From: Vulcanimicrobiota bacterium
Lineage (GTDB): Bacteria; Vulcanimicrobiota; Vulcanimicrobiia; Vulcanimicrobiales; Vulcanimicrobiaceae
DNA length: 64,000 nt
NCBI GenBank assembly: GCA_963820825.1
Contig: CAWGBN010000002.1
Coordinates: 64,001 to 128,000, forward strand
Direction of reading: 5' to 3'
How positions within the stretch are numbered: position 1 is the stretch's first letter; every line of letters starts with the position of its first letter. Below the pieces are notes generated by a model, which worked only from the letters and a program-made list of their open reading frames with translations, made no database searches and had not been told where the DNA came from. Both the position numbers and the translations under genes were made by a program. Shown here piece after piece: positions 39,358 through 49,728 of this stretch.

Positions 39358-39630
39358 CTAGCCGGTGACGACCCAGACGACTACGGCCGCGGACGCGACG
39401 ATTGAAAGCGCGCTCCCGAGAAGCGCACATTCCGCGAAGCCAAGGCCATGCCGCCGTATTCTATACGCCGCGACGGCGCCCAAAGCCAGACCGATCGCCG
39501 CCTGAAGCGTGAGGCGGACGTGAGCCGTACGCGGCAGCCAGCCGGCCGACAGAAGCAGGTAGCTGAAGAGTGCGCCGCATGCGATTCCAATCAAGGCGCC
39601 TGCGAGCGACAATAATACCCCGGTCAGCAC
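39358..39630 (-). CDS. Small hypothetical membrane protein
   Basis: Three hydrophobic segments; overlaps upstream gene stop. Confidence 0.55.
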   Translation of the reverse strand: MLTGVLLSLAGALIGIACGALFSYLLLSAGWLPRTAHVRLTLQAAIGLALGAVAAYRIRRHGLGFAECALLGSALSIVASAAVVVWVVTG

Positions 39631-40268
39631 GGCCGGCTGACCTGTTCGCCGGAGTAGATCTCAATTACGCCGAATCCCGCGCCGGTGATCGTCGTGTCGC
39701 TGAAGAGACGTCCGACATTTTGAAGGACGCCGCCGTACGGCCCTTGCGTTGCGACCGTATAGCATGGCGGGAACATGAGCTCGAGATGGCCGACCGCCAC
39801 AATTCCGAACGCGGTGTAGGTGTCACCGGGATCGATGGTCGGCGACGTTACTCCGCCTTTCGATTGTAGATGCGAACGGAAATGCGTCCCCGCGTGGAAA
39901 TGCAGATTCAAATACACGATCGGCGTTCCGTTGCCGAGTTGCGGCTGGTAGTAAATGTTTTGCGTGCTGGTACGCAGCGTCAGCTTCACCGAGCGCTCGA
40001 CGCCCGGATACTGCAGCGACCCGCCGAAGCTTCCGAACGCCGGGATACAGAACGAACCGCCCTTGGTCTTGAGCTTCAGGTCGATACTTGCGTATTTCTT
40101 GGTCGTCCGTTGGCCTTTGCAGCTTGGCGGCCCGGTCGTAGCACTGGCAAGCGCCGGTGCGGCAGGCATCGTGCCGTTGCTCGCGGCCTGCAATCCGCCG
40201 CAGCCGGCCACCAGAACGACGACCCCGCCGATGCCCAGCGCGCGACGAACGATGTCGAATCTCAGCAT
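39624..40268 (-). CDS. Hypothetical lipoprotein
   Basis: Lipobox VAGC; resembles 41701-42309. Confidence 0.75.
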   Translation of the reverse strand: MLRFDIVRRALGIGGVVVLVAGCGGLQAASNGTMPAAPALASATTGPPSCKGQRTTKKYASIDLKLKTKGGSFCIPAFGSFGGSLQYPGVERSVKLTLRTSTQNIYYQPQLGNGTPIVYLNLHFHAGTHFRSHLQSKGGVTSPTIDPGDTYTAFGIVAVGHLELMFPPCYTVATQGPYGGVLQNVGRLFSDTTITGAGFGVIEIYSGEQVSRPC

Positions 40269-40289
40269 GTCGCTGAGTATCGTTCAACG

Positions 40290-40679
40290 CTAACCGCTTA
40301 TTGCCCGCGCCTCAATCGTCAACCGTCGGACCGGCGCGCCGTCGAAGCCGCCCACGTCGTCGAGTGTGCTGCGAATATCGAGCACCTTGTCCAACCGGAT
40401 GACCTCGAAGAGCCGGCGTACCGGACCGCGGAGCCCGGTCAGAATTAGCTCTGCCCCGCGCTTCCGGCATGCTTGATAGAGGGCCATCAGGCATTGGAGA
40501 ATCGTCGAGTCGATATACTCGCACCGGTGAAGGTCTACGACGATCACCCCGGCAGTCTGAGCGACTGCGAAGGCATCGGTGACCCGGTCGCGTTCCGATA
40601 GGTCGAATTCGCCCTCGAGCCGGATGATAAAACTCGTTGTCGCGGCCGAAGTCGCGCTGGCGGCGTTGCCGAGTTGCAT
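40290..40679 (-). CDS. STAS domain anti-sigma factor antagonist
   Basis: LEGEFDL, VDL..CEYIDST.L, VRRLFEV..LDK. Confidence 0.88.
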   Translation of the reverse strand: MQLGNAASATSAATTSFIIRLEGEFDLSERDRVTDAFAVAQTAGVIVVDLHRCEYIDSTILQCLMALYQACRKRGAELILTGLRGPVRRLFEVIRLDKVLDIRSTLDDVGGFDGAPVRRLTIEARAISG

Positions 40680-40818
40680 GTCTCAGTTACCCCTTAAAAC
40701 CTGGCAGCTAAAAAAGAGCAACAAAAACCCGAGTCCTGACGCGTCCTATTATTCTAAAATCCCGGACCGGCCGTCTGTAATCTAAATTACATTGGGGTGC
40801 AAGTCCGACCCGTCAGGT

Positions 40819-41478
40819 TTAGAGCCGTTTGATAGTCGCCAACCAGGCGGGTGCGCCGTCGTCGTGGTATCGCGTCTGAACCTTCGCCGGCTCGATGGCG
40901 GCGATATTCCAGCTACTGCCTGGGTTGAAGGCCGCTCTCAACTCGTCACGGCTGACGGGGTGCGGACCGATATCGGGCCCGGCGTCGCTAAAGCAGAGTA
41001 CGTACAGCGTCGTGCCGGGTGCGGTTACCGATGCTAGACTCGTTACGTATCGCCGTCGCTCGTCGCCGTCGAAAGTGTGAAAGAGTCCGCAGTCCAGCAC
41101 CGTCTCAAACGTGCGCCTCAAAGGCTGCAACTCAAAGGCATCGGCTGCCGCGAACTCCGCCTCGATCGCGCGGCTCTCAGCCTTCGCCCGGGCGATGGCC
41201 AAGGCCGTCTCGGCCACGTCAACGCCCAGAACCGGCAACCCCAGTGAGGCAATGTGCAGAGCGTTTTCGCCGCTCCCGCAGCCCGCATCGAGCACCGCTC
41301 CGACGAATGCGCCTTCGGACGCCAGACGAACTATTTCCGGCTGCGGCCCGCCGATATCCCACGGCGCAGGCCCGTCGCGGTACGACGCATCCCACGGCTC
41401 TCCCGAGCGCCGTTCGTGACTCGTCGGCCGGCGGCCGCCAAACGGATACTCGGCTCGGCCTCCCAATCGCTCTGACAA
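40819..41478 (-). CDS. Class I SAM-dependent methyltransferase
   Basis: PWDIG.PQ, VLDAGCGSGE, DCGLFH. Confidence 0.9.
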   Translation of the reverse strand: MSERLGGRAEYPFGGRRPTSHERRSGEPWDASYRDGPAPWDIGGPQPEIVRLASEGAFVGAVLDAGCGSGENALHIASLGLPVLGVDVAETALAIARAKAESRAIEAEFAAADAFELQPLRRTFETVLDCGLFHTFDGDERRRYVTSLASVTAPGTTLYVLCFSDAGPDIGPHPVSRDELRAAFNPGSSWNIAAIEPAKVQTRYHDDGAPAWLATIKRL

Positions 41479-41700
41479 CTTCTTCCCTCTCTTTACGATC
41501 TCTTCGACCGAGCAGTATCTCCGCCCTTAGCCGTTAGACGCCATCGTCCAAACGCCATAAGTTTCCCGGATCGCTAACGCTACAGGTACGCTGCAATAGT
41601 CAAGAGATAGTCAAGATGCGCCATGCGGCGCAAAACGCTCTATACTAGAGCGGGGCTGCGCTTACGCAGTCACGGGCTACTCTTGGAGGTTTCGAGCACT

Positions 41701-42309
41701 ATGAAGATTCTCTCGTTTGGACTTGCACTGGCATTACCGGTGATTGCCGGCTGCGGTCAATCCTTGAATCAGAGTTCGCTCCCGTCGGGCAGCGCGCAGT
41801 CAAGACACTCCGCGGGAAGCCTCGTTCGCATTCACCCAGATAACTGCAACGCCGGAGATGCGGGGACGTCATCCGGCGGAGGGTTTGTCAAATGGAAAAC
41901 ATGCGGCGGATACATTGGGCATATGACGTATGGACCCGGAACCACTGGAAACCTAAAAATTCGGATTTTTCCCAGCAGCACCAATCCGGGCGGCGTTCCG
42001 GTTCCGACCGGTGAAACGCCCGTTCTATTCGTCCAGCAGCTCGCGGATCCAAACAATCCCGGATCGATGACGTTCACGCCGCCGGTGGTTCCGCCGGGAG
42101 CAAACAAGTCGAGGATCACCGGGGTCCCTGCCGGCACCTATAAGCTCTACGCGTATAACGGTGTCGTGCTGCAAGCCGGTTTTCCGGTCGTCCTCGGTTC
42201 GCCGGTAGGGGGCATCCTGCGCTTTAACGCGTCGCCGCACTCGCCGCTGCCGCTCTTGCCGACGCTCGCTCCGGGGACAACGATCTCGTTCGAGCTCGTA
42301 ACGCCCTAG
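41701..42309 (+). CDS. Hypothetical lipoprotein
   Basis: GGAGG RBS; lipobox IAGC. Confidence 0.75.
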   Translation: MKILSFGLALALPVIAGCGQSLNQSSLPSGSAQSRHSAGSLVRIHPDNCNAGDAGTSSGGGFVKWKTCGGYIGHMTYGPGTTGNLKIRIFPSSTNPGGVPVPTGETPVLFVQQLADPNNPGSMTFTPPVVPPGANKSRITGVPAGTYKLYAYNGVVLQAGFPVVLGSPVGGILRFNASPHSPLPLLPTLAPGTTISFELVTP

Positions 42310-42338
42310 ACGAAGATACCGCGGCTATCGTACACGCT

Positions 42339-44027
42339 CTACAATCCCACGAGGCTGTCGAAGGCTTCGGCCGCGGCAGCCTCGCGGTCGGTGTAGGCGT
42401 CGAGAAAGTGCGCGACGGTGCGGTTCGCGCGGTCGAGCCGCAAGCCGTGCTCGACATTTCGCTTCTTGCCTTTGCTCGACGAAGGAGCCCATGCGGTAAT
42501 CGTGCCGTCTCTGGAGCTAACGTAGAGGACGCCGTTGGCGATCACCGTTCCGACGTTGCCCAGGTCCGAAAGCGCAACGCTCCACAACTGCGCGCCGGTC
42601 GCAGCATCGAACGCAAACTCTTTCTCGTGCGAATAGTTGCTGACGTAAACGACGCCGTTTGCGATGGAGATCGGCGATCGCGGCGTCTGGCCCTCGGTCA
42701 CGCGGCTGCCGTCGGGTCCGAATCGTGCGCTCCAAACGGGTGTGGGATCTAACGTGCAGTTCGACTCGATGCTAAAGGCGGCTAAGCCCGGCTTATAGAT
42801 GCCCTCCGTCGCCGGCATCCCGACGTAGACGTATCCGGTAACCGGGTCGAAGGCCGGTACGCCGACAAAATCTCCCTTGTTCGTCGGAATCGACATCGCG
42901 ATATATTGAATTGGGCCGTAATCGATTGACCCGACGTCGTAAAGCTCGAACATCCCCGACTTGTTGACGGCGGCGAGAAGTAGCGGGCAACCCTGCGGCC
43001 GAAAGAGCAACGGCGTAGCCCCGAAGTCGAAGTCTTCATCGCCGTCGAGTTGCGGAATGTTCGTTGGGTAATTGTTCGCAATGATGGCGTTCAGGCTAGA
43101 AGACAACTCGATAACCTGCTCGGCGTATCCCGCGTTCTGTTCCGCACCCTTCGTGGTATCCGCGTTGCCCGTCGCTACGAATACGTCGTCGGTGGCGGGA
43201 TCGATCGAGGCGCCGCCCGGGCCCCAGATGCCTCCCCCGCTTTGATTGCCCTGCATCGAGGTGCCGCTCATCGTAAAGAACGTTCCCGCCACGCTCGGCC
43301 CCGCCGTATTGATGGCGACGATTCGACCGTGCCATGGTGGGATGTCGCACGTGGAGCTGGTTACCGCATAGAGCAGCCCGTTCGACGGATTGTAAGTGAG
43401 TCCACCGTGCATAAAGTTGTGGTCGCGTTTATAATCGGCGATCGTCAACGGCCAGCCGGCGGCTTCGGTTCCCGTCGCCAAGTTGACGGCATGCAATTGA
43501 TTGTGGCCATCGCTAAAATAGAGCAGGTTCTTCCCGCGATCGATCGCCGGGGTTTCGCCGATTGAAAATAGGAACTTTTCGTGGTGGTGGCAATCGTAAC
43601 TCGCTTGCGGAACGGGGTCGTGCCACACGATCGTTCCCGTGCTCGCGTCGATTCCGTACATCGTCGATCCGTTCGCAGAGCCTGCGTACAACATGTCCGT
43701 CGCCCGTCCACTCACCTTTACGGCGTGCGCGAAGACCGGCTCGTGGACCATCTCATAGCCCACGTTGGCGCTCCAAAGCTTTTGAACGCCGGCCACGTTG
43801 CTAACGCCGATCGTCGACTCGAACGGATTGTAGCCCGTCCGCTGCAGGTCAAAGCCGAAGGAGTCCCAGTCCGTCTTCCGCGCCTTAGGCGCGCTCGAGA
43901 GCGCGGGTCGCGCAGCTCCGGCGGTTTGCGCTTGCGGCGGAGCGCTCGGGCTCAAAGCTCCGCCGCACCCGGTGGTTGCAATGACAACGTAGGCCAGAGC
44001 CCACGACCAAACGCGAAGACGGCTCAC
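42339..44027 (-). CDS. PQQ-binding-like beta-propeller lipoprotein
   Basis: Lipobox TTGC; W.SFGFD..RTGYN, D..TG...W repeats, GGGIW, D.DFGATP. Confidence 0.85.
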   Translation of the reverse strand: MSRLRVWSWALAYVVIATTGCGGALSPSAPPQAQTAGAARPALSSAPKARKTDWDSFGFDLQRTGYNPFESTIGVSNVAGVQKLWSANVGYEMVHEPVFAHAVKVSGRATDMLYAGSANGSTMYGIDASTGTIVWHDPVPQASYDCHHHEKFLFSIGETPAIDRGKNLLYFSDGHNQLHAVNLATGTEAAGWPLTIADYKRDHNFMHGGLTYNPSNGLLYAVTSSTCDIPPWHGRIVAINTAGPSVAGTFFTMSGTSMQGNQSGGGIWGPGGASIDPATDDVFVATGNADTTKGAEQNAGYAEQVIELSSSLNAIIANNYPTNIPQLDGDEDFDFGATPLLFRPQGCPLLLAAVNKSGMFELYDVGSIDYGPIQYIAMSIPTNKGDFVGVPAFDPVTGYVYVGMPATEGIYKPGLAAFSIESNCTLDPTPVWSARFGPDGSRVTEGQTPRSPISIANGVVYVSNYSHEKEFAFDAATGAQLWSVALSDLGNVGTVIANGVLYVSSRDGTITAWAPSSSKGKKRNVEHGLRLDRANRTVAHFLDAYTDREAAAAEAFDSLVGL

Positions 44028-44099
44028 CGTAACCCGCGTTTTTTGACGCGGCCATCGAGACCTCCCGAGAGCCCGAGCGCGCGCGCGCGGGTCGATCGA

Positions 44100-45188
44100 T
44101 TACCGGGCGACTATGCCATAGGGCGCATCGAGCTGCGTATTGCCGCCAAAGACGTACTTGAACGGGGCGATGTTGTTGTTACCGAGCGCGAGACCGGAAT
44201 ATGCATTGTAAAGGTTCACGCTAGGCCCTCGAACGTCTGCCACGTAGATTCTGTTGTTCGGACCGATCGCGATGCCGACTGGGCTGTTCAGCTGCGTGGA
44301 CGATCCGGAGATGGTCTTTGTGGGCGCCACGTTGCCGTTGGAGTTCGCGGGGAAGATCCCGATCCGGCTGCTGGACGTCGAGTTGCCCGACGTCACGAAA
44401 ATCCTATTGTTCTTCCAAGCGACTCCATAGACGCCGTTAACGAATCCGGTAAGCGGACCCGTCACGGTGCGGATCGGCGCGACATTGCCGTTGGCTCCGG
44501 CGCTGAAGACGGTAACGATGCCGTTAAACGATGGAGAGTTCTCATTCCCTACGTAAATGCGGCCGGAGGGATCGACGATGATGCCGGAGGGATCGGCAAG
44601 GCCCGTGAGCGACCCTGTGATGGTTGCGATCGGCGTCACGTTACCGTTTGCGTTCGCGGGGTAGACCGTAACGCTCGGCGTCGTCGTATTGAGGCCATTG
44701 GCGACGTAGATCTTGCCGCTGCTATCCAGTGCGATACCAAAGGGGTTTAAGAGACCGGTATTGGTGCCGCTGATCGTTGCCATCGGCGCGACGTTTCCGG
44801 ACGATCCGGCTGGATAGACGGTCACGCTCGAGTTTCCCATGTTGGTGACGTAAATATTGCTCGCGGCGTCGAGCGCGATACCGGCCGGGTTCAGTAATCC
44901 CGTGTTCGAACCGATGATGATGTTGGCTCCGGGGTTGTAGTTGCCGTTCGCGTTGACGGGATAGACGATCACCGCTCCCGGGTAGACCGGGCTTCCTTTG
45001 ATGTCGGCGACGTACTCGCAGGGACAGGCGGGGACGTATGTCCGCCGCACGATTTGACTGCTAGCCGAAGTCGAAAGCTGATTCGGCTGCGCCGGCGTGC
45101 CCGACGTATCGGCGGAACACGCAGTCAGCGTAAGGGCGAGCAGGGTCAGGGTCGCGGGGGCTGCGCCGCGGAGCTGGAGATCGAACAC
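44100..45188 (-). CDS. NHL-repeat beta-propeller lipoprotein
   Basis: Lipobox LTAC; repeats GNVAP..TISG..T.L..P.GIA.D..G.IYVAN. Confidence 0.88.
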   Translation of the reverse strand: MFDLQLRGAAPATLTLLALTLTACSADTSGTPAQPNQLSTSASSQIVRRTYVPACPCEYVADIKGSPVYPGAVIVYPVNANGNYNPGANIIIGSNTGLLNPAGIALDAASNIYVTNMGNSSVTVYPAGSSGNVAPMATISGTNTGLLNPFGIALDSSGKIYVANGLNTTTPSVTVYPANANGNVTPIATITGSLTGLADPSGIIVDPSGRIYVGNENSPSFNGIVTVFSAGANGNVAPIRTVTGPLTGFVNGVYGVAWKNNRIFVTSGNSTSSSRIGIFPANSNGNVAPTKTISGSSTQLNSPVGIAIGPNNRIYVADVRGPSVNLYNAYSGLALGNNNIAPFKYVFGGNTQLDAPYGIVAR

Positions 45189-45277
45189 AGGATTCTCCCC
45201 TTTCCTAAAGGAGCGAAACGCTCAGAAGGCCGGTGGTTCGCCGGTCGGTTGCTTCCTTCCCGGCGTACCCACGCCGC

Positions 45278-46138
45278 TCACGCGCCCTTTCCGATTTGAC
45301 GCTCGTAATCGGCCGTGTCGAAGCGTCCCCGCGATTCGGCAATGAGACCGTCTTCATCGATCCGCCATTCCTCCGATCCGCTGATGCGAACGGAGTTTCC
45401 GGTACCGCCCGGTCCGTCGTTCGTCCCGCCGAGCGTCCACCGATAGACCGCCGCTCCGTCGCGTTCGACGACGTCATCCATCGAAACGGTCAGATCGGGA
45501 AAGGCAGTCATGAAGCCCTGCGCAGTTTCGGTGATTGCCGGCCGCCCGATCGCGGGCTCAGCATCGTTGATCGTAAGGGAGCCGTTTGGAGCGAAGAAGG
45601 CCGCGACGGCGGCGGGATCGCGGCTGCACCACGCCTTCGTGTAGCGTTCGGCAAACTTGCGAATCCGAGCGCCTTGCTGCGCCGCAATCTCGCGGTCGGC
45701 GAACTGCACGAAGCTCTTTCCAAAGCGCGTCTTACCGACGTTCGCCCACCACGTTCGTACGCCATCACCCTCGAACCAATACCGCATGACCGCGTAAAAC
45801 TCGGCCCAATCGTCCTCGTGCAGCGTTCCCATACGCAGCTGAAATTCGGCCGTTGAGAAAAACCAGAATGCCTTGAGGCACATATTTGCAAATCGCAACC
45901 GGTCACGATCGTTGAGAAGCGCATAGTTTTGCCGCCCTCGCAGCCACAGGTCCATGAGCTGCGGATCCTTGATAAAGTCGCTGACGAACTCGCTGAGCAA
46001 TCGCGTCGAGACGAGTTTGGCGGAAACGGTAGACGCGCGATTGTTCTGGCGCACTTGGATCGCCAGATAGATGAGCGATGCGATTACGCCGAGCGAGCCC
46101 AGAACCTGGCCCGATGCCGCGATCGCTTCCCAATTCAT
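45278..46138 (-). CDS. Fusion: N-terminal TM/helical domain plus SnoaL/NTF2 domain
   Basis: MNWEAIAA..V.ASLIYLA.QVRQN, then YTKAW..DP..VAAFFA..AFPDL..W...GT. Confidence 0.75.
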   Translation of the reverse strand: MNWEAIAASGQVLGSLGVIASLIYLAIQVRQNNRASTVSAKLVSTRLLSEFVSDFIKDPQLMDLWLRGRQNYALLNDRDRLRFANMCLKAFWFFSTAEFQLRMGTLHEDDWAEFYAVMRYWFEGDGVRTWWANVGKTRFGKSFVQFADREIAAQQGARIRKFAERYTKAWCSRDPAAVAAFFAPNGSLTINDAEPAIGRPAITETAQGFMTAFPDLTVSMDDVVERDGAAVYRWTLGGTNDGPGGTGNSVRISGSEEWRIDEDGLIAESRGRFDTADYERQIGKGA

Positions 46139-46590
46139 GGCTGGCCCAACGGCTGCTCGACCGCATCCGAGAAGCGCACGACGATATCGCCGTTTGGGAG
46201 TCTCGTAGCGGCGCTCGACGCCCAGACGTAGAGGCTCTGCGTCACGCACGGGCGATAGAGCTTCGTCGGCGCCATTCCGGTAGAAGCGCCGTTCGTCTCG
46301 GTATTGCTACCCGCGGCTTGAACCTGCAGCGTGTTGAGGATCGCAATATTCTGGACGCCGCCGAGCGAGGTCTGCCCCGAATCCGCGATCTCCCAGTAGA
46401 GCGCGCTCTCACCGGACGCTGCTTGGTTCACCGCACCGATCGCGACGATAAAGACGTTGCGCGTGCAGTTATACCGATAAGAAATTGCCGCCTTAAAGGC
46501 TGCCAGCGTTTGGGTTGGTCCCTCCGGCGACGCGCCGATCAGCAATGCTGCCGCCAGCGCCAGCGGCAGAATACCCGCCCGTTTGCCCAT
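46135..46590 (-). CDS. Secreted hypothetical protein
   Basis: Signal peptide; ATGA coupling to downstream gene. Confidence 0.65.
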   Translation of the reverse strand: MGKRAGILPLALAAALLIGASPEGPTQTLAAFKAAISYRYNCTRNVFIVAIGAVNQAASGESALYWEIADSGQTSLGGVQNIAILNTLQVQAAGSNTETNGASTGMAPTKLYRPCVTQSLYVWASSAATRLPNGDIVVRFSDAVEQPLGQP

Positions 46591-46718
46591 GCTTCTCTCT
46601 ACGGTCTCAGGCGCGAATCCCCTCGACGCACGACGTGCTACTCGTCGCCGAAAAGCTGCAACGAGCCCGCATCACCCCGTGCAGTCGGAAGTCTCGAAGG
46701 ATTGGCGAATAGAGTAGC

Positions 46719-49379
46719 ATGGTGACTCGAGCGCTTCCGACGGGCATCGTCACCTTTCTCTTCACCGACATCGAGGGCAGCAGCCGGCTCTGGGAGCGCG
46801 CCCCCGATGCGATGCGCGAGGCTCTCGCTCGACACGACGCACTCTGCCGGGAGAGAATCACCCGCCATTGCGGAGTCGTTTTCAAGACGGTCGGCGACGC
46901 AATCTGCTCGGCGTTCGAACGACCGAATGACGCGCTCGAAGCGGCGATCGAGGTGCAGCACGCTCTTCGCAAACACGCGTGGCCGGGTGCGATCGGCGAG
47001 ATGCACGTTCGCATGGCGCTCCACACAGGTGATTGCACGCAGCGCGATGGCGACTACTTCGGAGCAACGGTCAACCGAGTCGCGCGCCTCTCGGCACTGG
47101 CCTACGGGGACCAGATCCTCGTTTCGTCGGCCACGGCCACGCTGCTGCGCGACGTCCTTAGCGATCGCGTCGTCCTTCGCTCGCTGGGATCGCACCGCCT
47201 CAAGGATCTCGCTCAGCCGGAGATTGCATATCAAGTCGTCACCGAAGGCCTTCGCTCAGATTTTCCAGCGCTCGCCTCAATGGACTCACGGCCGAACAAC
47301 CTGCCGTCGCAGATCTCCAGCTTCGTCGGCCGGGAACGCGAAGTGCGGGAAGTCGCAGCCGCAATCGAGGGATCGCGGCTGCTAACCATCGTGGGTCCGG
47401 GCGGCATCGGCAAGACGCGCCTCGCGCTCCAAGTTGCCGCCGACCTCCTCGGCGACCGGTATCCTGGAGGCACCTGGTTCATCGATTTGACCACGGTTCG
47501 CGCCCAAGAACCGATCGTCGACACCGTCGCAGCCGAACTCAATCTACGCGAGGTGCCCGGGGAGCCTATCGAAAAGACGCTCGTCGCGTACCTGCACGAA
47601 CGACGAGCTTTGCTCGTCTTAGACAATGCGGAGCACCTTCTTGCAAACGCCGGGGCATTTGCAAAGCTCGTGCTCGCGAAATGCCCCAGCGTCACGATCT
47701 TGGTGACGAGTTTGGAACCGCTGCATATAGCCGGCGAACGGATTTACCGTCTTGGGCCGCTGGCAGACGCGGCGAGCCTCTTTCTCGAGCGCGCGCGTGC
47801 CTCGGCGCCGTCAATAACTTTCAACGAAGTGGAGCTCGAAGACGTGGCGGCGCTCTGCAGCCGCCTCGACGGCATTCCGCTGGCCATCGAGCTTGCGTCC
47901 GCACGGCTATCGTCGATGCCGCTTCGCCAGCTGCTTCGGCGCTTGAGCTCGACTTTGAGCCTCGCCAGCAAGGATCCAAGCGAAGTCACGCGCCACCGAA
48001 CCCTTCGCGAAATGGTCCGCTGGAGTTACGACATGCTCTCGCCAACCGAAAAACAGACGTTGGGGGTGATTTCGATTTTTCGCGGCAGCGGCACCGCCGC
48101 GGCCATAAAGGCCGTCGCGGTTGATGTTCCCGAGGTTGACGACGTGCTCGATGCACTCGTCGACAAATCTTTAGTACAAATCGATTCCTCGAAGAGCGAC
48201 GTGCGGTACCGCTTACTCGAAGCCGTCGCCGATTACGCCCGCGAACAAGTTTTGGCGGCGCATGACGAGGGGCCGATCAATCAACGGCATGCGGCGTGTT
48301 ACGCAGGGCTCGTCGCCGTTGCTCGGCCCCCGTATCTCGAGCTCGACGATGACGTGTCGAACATCCGGGCCGCGCTCGAGTGGCATGTCGCCAACGACGC
48401 CGGTGCGGCGGCGCGCTTTATTGTCGACTTGGCACAGTACTGGCGCGCGCGGGGGGTTGTCAACGAGGCCCGGACGTGGATTCGCCGGACGCTAGAGATG
48501 CCGCTGCTCGACGCGCGCGAGCGCGCATCGCTGCTCTGTCTCGCGGCCAGTTTCGCGACGCTGCAAGACGCGCTCGAAGAATCGCTGGCATTCTCACAAG
48601 AGGCCCTCGATATCTACCAAACGGCGGACGACCGCTCGGGGATTGCCCACGCCATTTTTCGCATCGGAGAGGCACAGCACCGGCAGGCACGCTTCGATGA
48701 TGCCGAGGCTCGTTACCGGGAGGCGCTCGACGGATTCAGGGCTTCCGGCGAGTCTCGAGGAGAGATGCTGTGCCTCGGAAATCTGGGGACCCTAGCGTTT
48801 CAGCGTCGCGATTTCCATCGCGCGTCGGAGTTGCTCGGCGAGGCGATCTCGCGCGCCACGGAGTTGGGCGAACGGCGAATCGAGGGGGATTTCACGATCG
48901 CGATGGGGTGGGTGGCGCTACGTCTCGATGATTTTGCCCGTGCTCGGTCGCTTTTCGAACAGGTCCTCGTCGAGAAGCGCGGCATGCGCGACCGCTACGG
49001 TGAATGCGCGGCCCACCATGGCATCGGCACGGTAGCGCTCAAAGAAGCCCGGCTCGCCGAAGCGCTCGCACAGTTCGCGTCGTCACTCAAAAGCGCGCGC
49101 GAACTGCAGTTGACGGATTACATTGTACGCTCGCTGCACGGCATTGCGGCGGTGCGCGCGCGTTGCGGCGACGTACAAGCGGCAGCGACTATTCTAGGAC
49201 TTGCCGATCGCCTTTGTACGGAAAGCGGTCGTGAACTGCACGACAGCGTAGCTTATGAGGTTGCGAGCCAGCTGATTGAAGCATCGCTCCCGGAACCGCA
49301 TCGTTCGCAGTTACGTAGCGACGGTTCCAGGATGGAACTCAGCGATGCCGCTATTGATCGACCAGCGTCCGGCCATTAA
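46719..49379 (+). CDS. Class III adenylate cyclase - STAND NTPase - TPR protein
   Basis: FTDIEGS, KTVGDA, DYFG.TVNRVARL; GPGGIGKT, LVLDNAEH, LDGIPLAIELA; TPR C-terminus. Confidence 0.93.
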   Translation: MVTRALPTGIVTFLFTDIEGSSRLWERAPDAMREALARHDALCRERITRHCGVVFKTVGDAICSAFERPNDALEAAIEVQHALRKHAWPGAIGEMHVRMALHTGDCTQRDGDYFGATVNRVARLSALAYGDQILVSSATATLLRDVLSDRVVLRSLGSHRLKDLAQPEIAYQVVTEGLRSDFPALASMDSRPNNLPSQISSFVGREREVREVAAAIEGSRLLTIVGPGGIGKTRLALQVAADLLGDRYPGGTWFIDLTTVRAQEPIVDTVAAELNLREVPGEPIEKTLVAYLHERRALLVLDNAEHLLANAGAFAKLVLAKCPSVTILVTSLEPLHIAGERIYRLGPLADAASLFLERARASAPSITFNEVELEDVAALCSRLDGIPLAIELASARLSSMPLRQLLRRLSSTLSLASKDPSEVTRHRTLREMVRWSYDMLSPTEKQTLGVISIFRGSGTAAAIKAVAVDVPEVDDVLDALVDKSLVQIDSSKSDVRYRLLEAVADYAREQVLAAHDEGPINQRHAACYAGLVAVARPPYLELDDDVSNIRAALEWHVANDAGAAARFIVDLAQYWRARGVVNEARTWIRRTLEMPLLDARERASLLCLAASFATLQDALEESLAFSQEALDIYQTADDRSGIAHAIFRIGEAQHRQARFDDAEARYREALDGFRASGESRGEMLCLGNLGTLAFQRRDFHRASELLGEAISRATELGERRIEGDFTIAMGWVALRLDDFARARSLFEQVLVEKRGMRDRYGECAAHHGIGTVALKEARLAEALAQFASSLKSARELQLTDYIVRSLHGIAAVRARCGDVQAAATILGLADRLCTESGRELHDSVAYEVASQLIEASLPEPHRSQLRSDGSRMELSDAAIDRPASGH

Positions 49380-49728
49380 CGAGCATTGGCGCAGCCGTCG
49401 AAGTTCCACTGGGAAGATCCACGGTGACCGTAAGCATCTGACCGTTCGGATTGCTGAATGACATGCAGTTCTTATCGCTACTAGCGCACGGCTCAGCCGT
49501 GGGCGTTGCCTTAGGACTAGCCGAAAAATCATAGGTGAGGCTGCATGGCTTCGTCGACGTCGACGTGCAGCTCGACGTATTGAGTGTATTACTACCGTTA
49601 ATCTGCACCTGGCCCTTGACGTGGAAGCCGATCGGGTTCACATCGTAATACGGTTTCCAATGCTGGCCGAGGTAAAATGCCCCAGCCACGGCAAGAACGG
49701 CTACGATCAGGCCAAGCCATCTATTCAT
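49351..49728 (-). CDS. Small membrane-anchored/secreted Cys-containing protein
   Basis: N-terminal TM segment, four Cys; AAGGA RBS before ATG 49728. Confidence 0.6.
   Translation of the reverse strand: MNRWLGLIVAVLAVAGAFYLGQHWKPYYDVNPIGFHVKGQVQINGSNTLNTSSCTSTSTKPCSLTYDFSASPKATPTAEPCASSDKNCMSFSNPNGQMLTVTVDLPSGTSTAAPMLVNGRTLVDQ

Noticed and set aside
42339..42460. Odd C-terminal tail on the PQQ-like propeller
   Set aside because: Could be stop-codon loss or a gene remnant; nothing recognisable supports a separate feature.
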